DNA of 64,000 bases from Phoronis australis (GCA_002633005.1 NMRA01000070.1:1-64000), one strand, 5' to 3'. Positions 12,401 through 27,300 are shown, numbered from the stretch's first letter. Notes: generated from the letters alone by a model not told the origin. Program-made: numbers and translations.

Positions 12401-15327
12401 GGCAGGGAAGAAAAGAGCGCTGTTGCCATGGTTTTAGTGTTCTTCAATGCATTAGTGGGGTTAGCAGATAGTCACGCCGACATGAAATCCAATGCAATGG
12501 GAGCAATCAATTACTAGCATCCAAATAAGGAGTTTTATATTTAAGTTAGTCTTTACGAATAGGCAAATCTAAAACCGGTGTGGAATGTAGGTCACTTTCA
12601 TTTTTAAGTCTGGTTTGCACGCCACCTGTTGGCCACATCAATTGACCTAATGAACATAAGTCCCGGTGAGGCAGAAACCTTTTCAGACTCATTTTAATTA
12701 GGTCACCTGATGTTGCCAACAGGTGGCATGCAGTCCAGATTTAAAAGAATGTCTGTGTTAAGCTTGTCTTCTTATTTGTTTTCTGTTGTTAACTTGGCCT
12801 AAAACGAGAGCCCGCTGTCCATAGGACTTGTAAAACAGTCACTGCTCCCAGTTGCTTTCCAATTATGTTGCGACAATTTGTCCTTGGAAGGTTGTCACAG
12901 GGTGTTGCAGTTAAAGGGTTGCGACACTTTGTATGACTCGACCACGAATTGTTATCGCGGTTAGCTTCAGTGGTCTGCGCATAATTTGAGAATCGTGACA
13001 ACTTGTGTAGATGGGACAGTTTGTGGACTTACAGAGCCAGTTTGTTTTTGATGAATTCAATACGGGGAGTGTTTTTTCACCTCATTATTTGCGGACACAC
13101 GTTGATGTCGTTTCTGCTTAACCTCTTCCAGGTGCCCACGTTACACGAACCTTCCTAGTTACTGCAAGCTTGTGAAGAGACCAGGTGAATGTTGTGAAGA
13201 GCTCCAATGTAGCGGTGTTGTGATACCAACAGGGACTGGTGTCATAACCGGTGGTAGAACTCCACTACCTCCCTCTCCTACTCCCGTTATTGTGAAACCA
13301 AGTGAGTTGCTTGTTATTCAGATGAGTCCTGAATAATATCGTTTTTTTACCAAATTAGAAGTAAAAAATGGAAAACAGAAACGACGCCAGGGTGTAGCAT
13401 GAAAACAACGTTTCGATGTCAATCAAATATCATTAGGTACAATAGGAGACATAAAGCAAAACATCGTAACAGAGTGTTCACTTCACACCACAGTGCATGG
13501 CACAAGATCTGTCATCTAAAAGTCTACAACTCCAGACTGTATGCTCCAACATTCCTATTGTGTAACCTCTCAAACGGAGGACCTGTATGTGAACAGCCTC
13601 GCGCATTAAAAGTTTGAAGTTATACTCATATGTGAAGCTTGGGCAATTTTCTTTTTTAGTCAGTGACAATTTGTGACCTGGTTAGAAATTGTTACAATTC
13701 AGATCTGTGTTATTGAAACGTACTCTAAAATAGGTTTTTGTTGAGACAAAGTCAGTAATCTTATCTGTTTATTTCAGACAAGTGTGTTTACAAGGGCGTT
13801 GAGTACAAACAGGGTGACACGTGGAATGACGGCTGTCTGTACAGGTGTGAATGTGTGGACGGATCAACGGGCTACTGGAGATGCAATGACAGGTAGGACA
13901 ATTGTCAACTTCTTCCAGGTGAAATACTCAGTCAACAGGTAGGATAACTACTTCAAGGTTGCTGTAAAAATTCTCCAGTTTGGGTCACTTGCTCAAATTT
14001 GGAGCTTATTACAGATTTTAGAAGCAGGCGATATTGGCCGTCTCAAAATCNCAATTTGTGTAGATGGGACAGTTTGTGGACTTACAGAGCCAGTTTGTTT
14101 TAATTTGATGAATTCAATACGGGGAGTGTCTTTTCACCTCATTATTTGCGGACACACGTTGATGTCGTTTCTGCTTCACCTCTTCCAGGTGCCCACGTTA
14201 CACGAACCTTCCTAGTTACTGCAAGCTTGTGAAGAGACCAGGTGAATGTTGTGAAGAGCTCCAATGTAGCGGTGTTGTGATACCAACAGGGACTGGTGTC
14301 ATAACCGGTGGTAGAACTCCACTACCTCCCTCTCCTACTCCCGTTATTGTGAAACCAAGTGAGTTGCTTGTTATTCAGATGAGTCCTGAATAATATCGTT
14401 TTTTTACCAAATTAGAAGTAAAAAATGGAAAACAAAAACGACGCCAGGGTGTAGCATGAAAACAACGTTTCGATGTCAATCAAATATCATTAGGTACAAT
14501 AGGAGACATAAAGCAAAACATCGTAACAGAGTGTTCACTTCACACCACAGTGCATGGCACAAGATCTGTTATCTAAAAGTCTACAACAACTCCAGACTGT
14601 ACACTCCAACATTCCTATTGTGTAACCTCTCAAACGGAGGACCTGTATGTGAACAGCCTCGCACATTAAATGTTTGAAGTTATACTTATATGCGAAGCTT
14701 GGGCAATTTTCTTTTTTAGTCAGTGACAATTTGTGACCTGGTTAGGAATTGCTACAATTCAGATCTGTGTTATTGAAACGTACTCTAAAATAGGTTTTTG
14801 TTGAGACAAAGTCATTAATCTTATCTGTTTATTTCAGACAAGTGTGTTTACAAAGGCGTTGAGTACAAACAGGGTGACACATGGAATGACGGCTGTCTGT
14901 ACAGGTGTGAATGTGTGGACGGATCAACGGGCTACTGGAGATGCAATGACAGGTAGGACAATTGTCAACTTCTTCCAGGTGAAATACGCAGTCAACAGGT
15001 AGGATAACTACTTCAAGGTTGCTGTAAAAATTCTCCAGTTTGGGTCACTTGCTCAAATTTGGAGCTTATTACAGATTTTAGAAGCAGGCGATATTGGCCG
15101 TCTCAAAATCAAGAATCGTGAGAAAAACAGATTTTGTGTCGGTAGCTATTTTTGACAATGTTATTTCAGACTTTGCTGATCCAAAATGTAGTGTCCAATA
15201 TTTGAGAAAGTGATAACTTGAATGTGAATTAAGGAATTAAAGGTACACAGTCTCTGAGATTCCGCATGTCTTCTTAAGAAACTGTTTAAAGGAAAAGAGG
15301 GACAAGTACAGGACAGTCTCACACACA

Positions 15328-15359
<32 letters not shown>

Positions 15360-18300
15360 CACAGGCGCACACACACACACTCACGCATACGTTCATGCAC
15401 ACGCACAACAGAGGGACAAGTACAGGATAGTCTTTATCTTTCTCCCACACACACTCACGCATGCGCACATGCACACGCATACTCACGCATATGCATATGC
15501 ACATGTACAACAGAGGGACAAGTACAGGATAGTCTTTATCTCTCTCCCACACACACACTCACGCATGTGCACATGCACAAGCATACTCACGCATATGCAC
15601 ATGCACATGTACAACAGAGGTACAAGTACAGGATAGTCTTTATCTCTCTCTCTCCCACACACACACACACTCACGCATATGCACATGCACACGCATACTC
15701 ACGCATAAGCGTATGCACACGCACAACTCTTAATGCTGTTTCCAACTGTTTCCACACGTTGTGTCTCCTTGTTCATGACAGGTGCCCTAAGTACAACAAC
15801 CTTCCTGCGGGCTGCTCCTTGCACACCGATCCAAAGGATTCCTGCTGCAAGATTCCCAAGTGTGCTCCTGTGACGGTGACCCCCAAGCCTGGCACTGGTA
15901 CTGGCATCACGGTAGTGGTTCCTGTTGGCATCAAGGAGACTATCACAGGCATTGGCAAAGTACCCCCTGGAACAGTCGTCACGGGAACCAGAGGTGAGTG
16001 ACTTTCCCAGTGATGGTGTGAAAAAGACGTTTTGATTAGAAAACCGTTTGGTAATGAATGACTCCCCAGATTTAATTGAAGTTGCAACCAGTCAGTTGAG
16101 CTTAGCATTCTTTGATCTAAGTTCAGTTGTGGTGCAAATGTGACAGTTAATTGTCATGTGCCATTTTCATTCTGCATTTCAAGTATTGCATGGATTATTT
16201 TGTTCGTTATTTGTTGATTTCAATATGTTTTCCTTACAGATTTGTGTGTGTATAAGGGCAATCTGTACAAACAGGGTGACAAGTGGTCCGATGGTTGCAG
16301 CTACAACTGTGAGTGTCTCAATGGCGTCAAGGGAGAGTACAGATGTACGGCTATGTAAGTTCCTCTTTATAGCCATTATAAGTATATCTGGTTCCACTTT
16401 AGTACTTGTTATGCTCAGCAGTCTATCAACTCTTTTATTCTGTGGCTGCTTGACTTTGTACGGCTGGTTAACTTCATCCTACTATGACCCCAAGCCTACA
16501 GTTTTTTGTCAGATAACTAACCTAAACATTAATAAGACATTACTGAAACTGGCAACTGGTGGAGACAGTAGTTCCAATGGGTTTAAGGTAACTCACACCT
16601 GATGAAGAGCTGCACCCATTAAAGCTTGAATGGTAGTGTTTTCACTGTGTTTTTGCCTGTTTCTACATTGTCTGATTTTATCCGTTCTCAACACATGTCC
16701 TTTTTAAGGCACTGTGTATATTGTAGTGAATATGTCGGTAGTCTTGTAATGTTCTCTGCTTGAATACTTGGGGTTAGGGACTTTCCCATAGGAAGGCTGG
16801 GAGGGGCATGCTGTGAGGTCTTGTGGCCAGGACTGATTAGGGATGGAAAGATGTTGAAGTATATTAGGTGACTCAGGTAGGATATACATTTCTTGGTGTT
16901 GTTTTGGGTACCCTTTTTCCAAGTCGCCACATATTGGGTTGATTTGAATATGTTGCAGCATGACATTCCAACCCAATAGTTACAAAAAGAATCCAAAGCT
17001 ATTCACTTATACCAAATAATTACGTCTAGAATTCGCATTTGATAAAGTTTTGTGGCATGTATGAAGTCTGTGGCCTATCCATTGTAGATGTCCGACCTAT
17101 TCTAACTTACCGAGTCAGTGTCGCATGCAGAAGAAACCAGGGCAGTGTTGTGATGACCTCGTGTGCAATGGACAAGTTGTCACTCCCACGGGAACCGGCA
17201 CCGGCGGAATTGTGATCAAGCCGACTAGTACCACGGTTATTGGACAGAACAGTGAGTACAATTATTGTCTGGCCTGTCATAGTCTCGGCAAGATGAATGT
17301 TTAAAGTATACCAAAAATGGTTTTGGCGTATTAATTGACATTAAAAACAAATTTCCCATCCAGTTCTTAGAAACAAAATAATGGTATGTGACCGCCGACT
17401 ACCCTCAAAAGTTTGGAACGAAATCTGAAAACTCCTTACAGAGTTTGCTAAACGGGCAAGTGTGTCTTGTGCTTAAGGCGAGTTAGACGACTACTGCAGG
17501 GAAAGACCACCTGGCCATGTTTTGGTTGAATCATGCTTTTATCATTCAAGTGGGACGTCAGTGATGCATAAGCTAGTGACAGATCAAGAATTGCTTGAAG
17601 TTTTAAAAACAGGACTTATCATCCTTTTAATGAGGCTTGCACACACACCTGTAGTTCATTGGAAACAAATTGTAGGACACTAAGTGGATTTCGTGTGCCA
17701 TGCACTTTGTTAGATGTCTTGCAAGCGTAGTGATTGCCGCCTCATTTCATTTCAAAATTAGGGAATCTAACACCAATGTTTTTATTAGTTTTTGTATAAA
17801 ATACCATGTTTTACCGAGTTGGGTGCTGAAATTATTAGTTTCATACCACTGTATACTTCATGTATGAAGCGCAAAATGTTTTAGTGTTGCACTGTGGTCT
17901 TATGGTGGGTAAGTATTGGTAAGTTTAAAAAGAAACAATGGCATTGTTTTTTGCTGGTGACATTTTCCTGTCTCATTCTCAAGCTACACTGTTCAAGAAT
18001 GGCAAAAAGCTTGTTTTGTACCCATTCCTAGTGAGTGTCAGTCTTGATTTGTAGCTTGTGATTGGTGAACGTTGTCGCCGAAGCATGTCAGAGCTGAAAC
18101 GCTTTTTTTTTTATCAAAATGTTTTTTACACTTAGCATCAGAGAACATGACTGGTTGTTGTTGCAGACTTCTGTGTCTACAAAGGCACAAACTACAAACA
18201 AGGTGAAAAGTGGAGTGATGGTTGTTCATACAGATGTGAATGTGTGGATGCTGTCAGAGGAATGTGGTCGTGTAACGACAGGTAGGTCGGAGTCAAATAC

Positions 18301-21300
18301 TTGAAATGCTTACTTTCTAAAATCTGGTTTAAGATTCTCTTGCCGATGTTGTAACCTGCAGTATCGAAGGTTTGAATTTATTGCAAATTGATTTCTGAGA
18401 GGAACGTTATGTTTACAACCTCGGTATTTTGTTCTGTAAATTGATTTCTGAGAGGAACGTTATGTTTACAACCTCGGTATTTTGTTCTGTAAATTGATTT
18501 CTGAGAGGAACGTTATGTTTACAACCTTGGTATTTTGTTCTGTGTTTGTGCACAATGAAACAAGAAAATTGATATCCAGTGATTAACAGTCTCTGTTTGT
18601 AAGAATTTAGCACTGCAGTCAGTGCAGATTTCAAAAGATCTACTTGTAGTGCATACATGAAGATTGGATGTTTGGAGAAAGAAGTAATTTATATATGTGT
18701 TGGTGTGTTCAGACTTATGTAATGAATAAATATCACCTAAAATTATTTTTGTTTTGCGTTTATAGGTGCCCAATGTACACCAATATTCCTTCCCAGTGTA
18801 CGTTGCAGACGGACCCTCTAGACTCCTGCTGCAAGATTCCCAAGTGTAACGGCGTCACCGTAGTGAAGCCTGGCACCACCAGCACCATCGTGGTGCCAAC
18901 TGGCACCACTGGTACATTCACTGGTAAAGGCACCATGACCAATGTAATTGGCACCGGTGGTGGAACCGTGACTGGAACGGGCTCTGTCAAAAGTAAGGGA
19001 ATTCATTTTAATTTGTTGAGTTTTGGAGAGATACAGAGCTAGATATCATATAGTGTACCACAAGATGTCACTTGCCTTCCATCAGTAAACTAGCAAAATC
19101 AAGTGAATGCCTGTCTGTAAATGATTTAACAGTTATACCAATATGTTACACTGAAATTTTCACGAAAATCTATTATTCACAAATCATGGATTCCATGAAA
19201 AAGCAAATTTACGACTGGGTCTGTTAAACAGATCCACGGTCATGATGTAGTGTATAATGGTACTTGTATCTCCAGATAAGTGCGTGTACAAGGGCAGCCT
19301 CTACAACCAGGGAGATCGCTGGGAGGACGGTTGTGACTATAGCTGTGAATGTGTGGACGCTGCCAAGGGCACTTACAGATGTAGAGAAAAGTGAGTCACA
19401 GTCTGCTGCTAATTTGATCTTTTTGTTTTCGCCAAAAAAATTGCCCTATTGTTGGCCCAGGGGACCAGTAGTATTACTTCCAAATATCATGTGATCTATT
19501 GGTGGACCCATGAAAAGCATTTGAAGCTTTGTTGTGACAGTTGTGGAGTGAATTGAATCAATTCAACTGGACTTCGTTGATAAAAGATGTTCTAGATCTT
19601 CGGGGACTTCCTGTCCTCTTCAAATGGAAGATGGCCACTGTGTCCGGGTATGAGCTCTTGTGTTGCGCGACACCTGGCAGATATTGTCTTCCTAAGCAGA
19701 CGTTATCTTGAATCTTACCCCGCCGTTTTTTTTAAGGGAAGGATTGAGCGCCTTGACATGTACTGCTTCCTGTACCTCTGTTTCGTGCCATTTCTTTTCT
19801 CTACTCAACATTGTCATTGAATCTGTGAGCACATGATTGGAGGTGATTATGATGTAGTCTAGTAGTACAGTTCGAATGATTCATTTCACTCCACAATTGA
19901 TATGCTTGACTGTATCAAGACTTGCATTTCATTATTCTTTGTTATGACACGTTTCCCCAGTAGAGGGAGCTCTTAGAACAACACCAGAGACGTTTCCTGA
20001 ATCCGCTCACCAGAGTTTATGCTAGTTTGTTTGAATGGGAATACTGCCGACTTTGGGCCATTGCATCTGAAAAGACAATAACCGTTTAACAATGACAAAC
20101 AGCATTAAAGCCAACCTTTCATGTCGATGAGAAATATATTTTGTGCATATCTCCACAGGTGTCCGACATTCACCAACATTCCAAGCTACTGCAAACGAGT
20201 GCCTGAGAGGAACGAGTGCTGTGATCGTCTGGACTGTGATGGCTACATCATTGATCCCAACACCAAGCCTGGTATCACAGGGGTCACAGGTAAATGTGGC
20301 TTTGGGCATGGTGTTGTCTCCATTAGGCGATAACTTGCAGTTCCCACCTGGCACGCTATGATATGCTTACTATAGAAACTTACCTCAGCTCCTGGACTTA
20401 ATCACTGGCTTCTTTCATTTGAGATTTGGGAACACTGACTCTGTGGACTATAATACTAAATTCGTCATTGAAAATTAATCTTTGTCTTCGAATTTCAAAA
20501 ATGGTTAATTACAACAACAACAACAGTTCTTTGATCTGCTGTTGATTTGTCCCAATTTCTATTGTGTAATCTGCCTGAGCAACAACACAATTAATCTGGT
20601 GGCTTGACTCGTGTCTACGCCTTTTCAGAGTGATCTTAATACCTTCAAAGAATGCAGTGAAATTTGAGTGTGTCATGCCACAGATAACCCATTAATGTTA
20701 TGGTAATTGATAAAAAANTGGAGGTGATTATGATGTAGTCTAGTAGTCCAGTTGGAATGATTCAATTCACTCCACAATTGATATGCTTGAATGTATCAAG
20801 ACTTGCATTTCATTATTCTTTGTTATGACACGTTTCCAGTAGAGGGAGCTCTTAGAACAACACCAGAGACGTTTCATGAATCCGCTCACCAGAGTTCATG
20901 CTAGTTTGTTTGAATGGGAATACTGCTGACTTCGGGCCATTGCATCTGAAAAGACAATAACTGTTTAACTATGACAAATAGCATTAAAGCCAATCTTTCA
21001 TGTCGATGAGAAATATATTGTGTGCATATCTCCGCAGGTGTCCGACATTCACCAACATTCCAAGCTACTGCAAACGAGTGCCTGAGAGGAACGAATGCTG
21101 TGATCGTCTGGACTGTGATGGCTACATCATTGATCCCAACACTAAGCCTGGTATCACAGGGGTCACAGGTAAATGTGGCTTTGGGCGTGGTGTTGTCTCC
21201 ATTAGGCGACACCTTGCAGTTCCCACCTGGCATGCTATGATATGCTTACTATAGAAACTTACCTCAGCTCCTGGACTTAATCACTGGCTTCTTTCATTTG

Positions 21301-24300
21301 AGATTTGGGAACACTGACTCTGTGGACTATAATACTAAATCCGTCATTGAAAATTAATCTTTGTCATCGTTTGAATTTCAAAAATGGTTAATTACAACAA
21401 CAACAACAACAGTTCTTTGATCTGCTGTTGATTTGTCCCAATTTCTATTGTGTAATCTGCCTGAGCAACAACACAATTAATCTGGTGGCTTGACTCGTGT
21501 CTACGCCTTTTCAGAGTGATCTTAATACCTTCAAAGAATGCAGTGAAATTTGAGTGTGTCATGCCACAGATAACCCATTAATGTTATGGTAATTGATAAA
21601 AAATCTGCTGGACGTTCTTATAAAAGCAGTAATTGTTGTATTGTTGTTTGTGAACCTTCACTATTTGTTTTATTAGTGGACTTCCCACAGAAGAGATAAT
21701 AAAGAATCTTTTTTTAAAGTCACATGCAGCGCCACCTTTGAAAACCAAGATAGTGTGTTATGTTTTGGGATGGAAACCCTTTCTTTGTTTTTTGACGCGA
21801 CGAATTAGTATTCTTAATAAAATGGGTCTTAACCGAGGACTAAATGAATTTTATTGGTTGCTTTGCAATGGGAAGCTATCTCCTGCACGTTTGTTATATT
21901 GGTTTGTTACATTGTAAATCTTAATGTCTGCTTGACGTAACTAGTGCTGGGTCAATAAAATAATGTTTGTTGTAGAGCTTGGAATTTCCCTCTTTTAATA
22001 AGATTTCCTCTTTTTGGTTTCGGTTTCCTCTTATTTAATTTCCAGTTCCATCTTTTTCCGTCTCTTTTTATCATTATTTTGACTTTATTCATGCAAAAGC
22101 ATTTATTTCACTTAAGTTTTACAAAACAAAAAATATTTCAATCATACAAGCCTATTTATTTGTGGAATGATACATCACCTGGAAATTTCTCTTTTTTCTC
22201 ATTGATCATTCCAAGCCCTGTTGTTGTCACATCTTGTAGATGAACTATTGTAAGGATTGCCTCAGTCTATAAGTATTCATATTGAGGTGCTATGAAGTGC
22301 TTGGTTGTTGCAAAGTTATTGTTAAAGTACTGCGTAGGCCAGGTAACTATGCACTTGTCAACATATAGCAAATCTGCGTAATGCTCTCAAAACGCAAGTC
22401 AACCGCTGCTTGGACTCACAAATAAGGTGCATATAGACTCCCAAGTCAATTTACCATGTTTGGCAGTCTGTGAACTGTGTTTGTGGGTCTCTGAACTGAG
22501 TTTACCAGCTGTGTGAACTGTGTTTAAAAGTGACGAATAAGAATTATGCTCAGGAGTTTGGCAGCAATGTTGTCTTCTTCCTGTGGCACTATCCTTGCGA
22601 AATCCTGAATACACCATAAGGTTTGAATTTTTTCGTAATGATACCCACATGCATTTTAAAACTGTCCTTGCAGATAAGTGTGTGTACAATAGCAAAGTTT
22701 ACATTGAGGGACAGAGCTGGGAGGACGGCTGCAAACTGCGTTGTGAGTGCCTTGATGGAAACACCGGATTCTACCGGTGCCAGAACATGTGAGTGTGCCG
22801 CCACCTAGTGTTTGTGCCTGTCATGGCAATAAGATATGATGCAGATTTTCAGTCATTTAATGGGGACGGTTATTGATTGGGTGACATCCCTAGCAACTAA
22901 TCTAAACAATACAGTCATTATGTTTTCCTCTTTCCCTACACTAACATATTTGTTAAAACAGGTAAAATTTGACAAACTGACTTTTCAAAATTTGAAGAGC
23001 AGCATGTCATAGCATCTGTGAACCACTGATGAATTTCAAGTTCAACTTTTTACCTCATGCAATTCCCCATAGATAAGTGGGAAGGGTTAGAACCAAGGTG
23101 GAGAAATCTAGACGACCCCAGTAAGGTGACGTCACACTTTCTGTTGCCATTGTTGGCTCATGTTTCTGCACTAGAACTCAGTGCCTGGTTGCATGAAACA
23201 GTCCCAAAATAAAAACTCTACTAAGTTTTCTAAATCTACTGCATATTTGTGGGTTTGTGAAAACACCGACTGGCCTTTCCTATGCTGCTTAAGTCTCATT
23301 ACTTAGTCAATTTTTGGATTTGATGCAAGTCAAGAGTGAACTCTTTGTTGAATTCTCAATATTATTGAAAATAAGTAGGGACCTTTTTATTCAACGCCGC
23401 TTATTTAAGGACCAAGTCCCTAATTATTCACTGACTGAATTAAAGGCTCAGTTTTTAGTTATATTATTAGAAAATGTCATTAGATAAAGAGTATCTCACA
23501 ATGAAGATGAAATGACAGGAAAATATTCTGTGAGTAAAGAAAAACAAATAGGCAGTGGATTTATGGAACTTAGTTGAGTTGCTTTTTGAGACTGTTTCAC
23601 GCATGGGCACTGGTGCCTGTTTATGGATAGTAGTGTACAAGATATAAGCGAAAAATGCTTTGAACTGGTTTTAAATACTTTTAATTAAACATGGACCTTT
23701 GGGATTTTGTACTTGTACAATTGGTGTGATATTTATACGCCAGCCATATGAATTTTCTATCTTTCCCGTAGCTGTCCTATTTACTCAGAGATCCCATCCT
23801 ACTGCACGCTACGGACTCTCCCTGGTAAATGTTGTGCCGAGCCTGTCTGCACTACTGGTCCTGATGGAAAGGCGGTTGTGGTGGTCGGTACCTATCCTGG
23901 TGCCATCACGGGCTTCAGAACGGGCGTGGTGCCAGGCAGCCTGACAGGGGGTACATCCAACAAGGGCACGGTACCCGGAGGTGGTCCAGTTACGGGCACC
24001 TCAGGAACAGTGATCACAGGGGGAAGAAGTGAGTATACACCAGAGGGCGCTGCTGTTGTTATGTCTGTTAGTACTATTGTAGTGTCTGATTATACGTATT
24101 ATGTCATGGGCAATGTCACTTGAGCAGCCATTTTCAGTTTGAGCATGAATAGCAAAAAGCTGAACTGAATTGCAATCGAGTGCGTTGCGTTTGCCTTTGG
24201 TAGAAACAGGTTGATTAGAAAATAAATACTGTGAACACATCAACTTACACTGAGATCATAAAATAGAGACTGTTACAACCAATGTGGTGAATTCAAAACA

Positions 24301-27300
24301 AGCTCGGATGGGAGACATCTCCTCTTGACAGTTTAGACATTTTGTGCTCTGAATCTTATCCAAAAAGGGAGATTTATGCGATTTTGTCTTACGTTACTAA
24401 TTACGTTACTAAAAAATCGCCATAATTTGAGACATTTTTATATAGATTTACTTGATGATTTCATGTTTTAACAAGAGACAATCATGAAATTGAAATTCCA
24501 CATTATTATTTCAGACATGTGTCTCTACAAGGGTAAATCTTACAGTCAAGGTCAAAGGTGGATGGATGGATGTAATTATGACTGCGAGTGTACAGACGCT
24601 GCCCAGGGCATGTACAGATGTTCCGAAATGTAAGTTACTATTTCATAACTTGCTAAAATTGTTCTTACTGAAAATATAAAAGTGGAAATGTGTTGTCAAT
24701 TAATGTCTGTGTCTTGTGAAGTGAGCATATTGTAATTTGAAAGTTTGCATTGACATTCGCACAAGTATGGTGCAATGTCACGGAAATCTTCTCACTTAGT
24801 TGCAGAATGTAACTCTCCTATTAAACTGAGACACAACATGCTCTAGGCAGCTATACAATTCGTTAATGTATCATATATTTCCAGCTGTCCTCGTTACTCA
24901 AGAGTACCATCTCAATGTAAACTTGTTGATGTTAAGGGAGCGTGTTGCAAAGAACTTTCCTGCAAGGACACCGTCAATGTTGTCGGTGTTACGGGTATCA
25001 CAGTGACCGCGACGGGTCCAGGTAATGTGTTATTATCTATGAAAGGACTGTCTAATGGGATTGCTGTCCAACAGTGTTCAATTTTTTCAACATGTTGCCC
25101 ATTCATTTCGTGTAGTTTAGTTTGAATTGTATGGTGTTNATAACTTGCTAAAATTGTTCTTACTGAAAATATAAAAGTGGAAATGTGTTGTCAATTAATG
25201 TCTGTGTCTTGTGAAGTGAGCATATTGTAATTTGAAAGTTTGCATTGACATTCGCACAAGTATGGTGCAATGTCACGGAAATCTTCTCACTTAGTTGCAG
25301 AATGTAACTCTCCTATTAAACTGAGAGACACAACATGCTCTAGGCGGCTATACAATTCATTAATTTATCATATATTTCCAGCTGTCCTCGTTACTCAAGA
25401 GTACCATCTCAATGTAAACTTGTTGATGTTAAGGGAGCGTGTTGCAAAGAACTTTCCTGTAAGGACACCGTCAATGTTGTCGGTGTTACGGGTATCACAG
25501 TGACCGCGACGGGTCCAGGTAATGTGTTATTATCTATGAAAGGACTGTCTAATGGGATTGCTGTCCAACAGTGTTCAATTTTTTCAACATGTTACCCATT
25601 CATTTCGTGTAGTTTAGTTTGAATTGTATGGTGTTTGAAATATTAAGCCGCATTTACACGGGAGACAGTTGTCATGGAGACAGTTGTCATGGAGACAGTT
25701 GTCATGGAGCAACTAACATGGAACGACAGAGCGGGCGCGCGCGCGCGTGCGCGTGTGTGTGTGTTTGTGTATTGGACACAGAACATGCAACCATTTTAAA
25801 TTAGCAATATACCATACTGGCGCACCATTAAGCCCATGTTCAGCTGTGTGGAACTGCACTGTCTAATATACGAAACTTAACCGCATGCACCAGTATGTGG
25901 ACCAATTGGGTTAAAAAGAGGCCTCGAAAAAAGGCATGACTTAAGATATAGGCCCATGGGCCTAAAGGCCCGGCAGTACGGTAGAGCTGGTGAACTTTTA
26001 CTATGACCTGTCATGTGTGACTCTTTTTGTTGAAGGCGGTGGTATCACACTAGGAAAGTGCGAAGACAAGCTAGACAATTGTGATGCATTTGGCGACGAT
26101 GCCTGTAGCGACAAGTTCCTGGGCTGGGCCAAAAAGAACTGTGCTAAACACTGCAACCTCTGTCGTAAGTTTTTACCCGTCTTGCGTACTTTCACAGCTC
26201 ACTCAGACCGTTAATGGATTAAGTTTTGAGGAAAGTAAGATCACACGCAGTTATGAAAAATCACGCCAGTGAAGGCCAACTGTTCAGCAGTTTAGAGCCG
26301 AAACTAATACTAACAATGTGTTCTAGTGGAAATTGCTGGCTTATTGCATATCTCTGTGATTGTGATTGCTTGGCCTAGTTAGTTGGAAGCTCAAGATATA
26401 GCAACGGTGTGAATATGACGTAGGTTGAAAATTGCCAAATGTTGTTAAGAAGGAGTTTTGTGGCAAAAATGATCCGCTACAAATCACTGAACCGTGTCCA
26501 GTAACTATCGTGACGTGGTGCTGGGGAAAAACGCTGCACGATATGGGTTCTGTGAGCAGAATTTTTTGTTTTCACATTTGCAAATTGTCAATGAATACAA
26601 CTGCACTTTAGCGTATTAGATTTTGTTAAAATAGCATTGTTTAGTTCCCGCTGTACATTAACTTAGGAGTATGCAAATACATTCTTTAACTAGCAGCATG
26701 GCTGCCATTGAAGTGATTGGTCACTGAAACTGGAGTGATGTATTTTGGAGTAAAGTTCACGGTATCTGTTCCATAAGTGAAGAATATTCACCAGTGTCTT
26801 GTGTGTCCCATTACAGAACACTGCCCTGTATTCATAGCTCGTATGTTATTTTTGTGGAAATTCGGGCGATCTTGGTGATAAAGAACCGGACATTATGTTT
26901 GTGTACATTATAAGATTCTGTGATGATCAAGCATTTTAAAAACGCATAGTACACAGGCAATTTTGTATAATCAAATTGAACGTAAAAGATTTTTGTACAA
27001 ACTCGTATCAACCAGTTATCTATGATAATTTATATTTTTTATTACTGAGTATTCATTTGTTAAGAGATAAAAAAGTTTGTTCCGTGAATGATGTCATTTA
27101 TCATCAAATTGATGATTGCTGTTTTTCAGCCTGTGTATACAAGTTATTTATAAAATTCGATTTTCGGTAATGAAGATAGCCAGTCACCTTGAGCTGCGAG
27201 TGTTGTCAGAAACAGTAAATTGTTTACAGTTTTTGGATGCCTCCATTGTTTGTCAAAAGTCTGTTTGTAATAATGAAAGCATGGATTATGAATCTTTATA

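Noticed and set aside
15161-15692. Cys/Val-rich ORFs
   Set aside because: Translations of CA/GCAC microsatellites.
20159-25518. Mutually exclusive exon pairs in the VWC region
   Set aside because: The copies encode identical peptides, their introns are also near-identical, and an N lies at each junction, so an assembly artefact is more likely.
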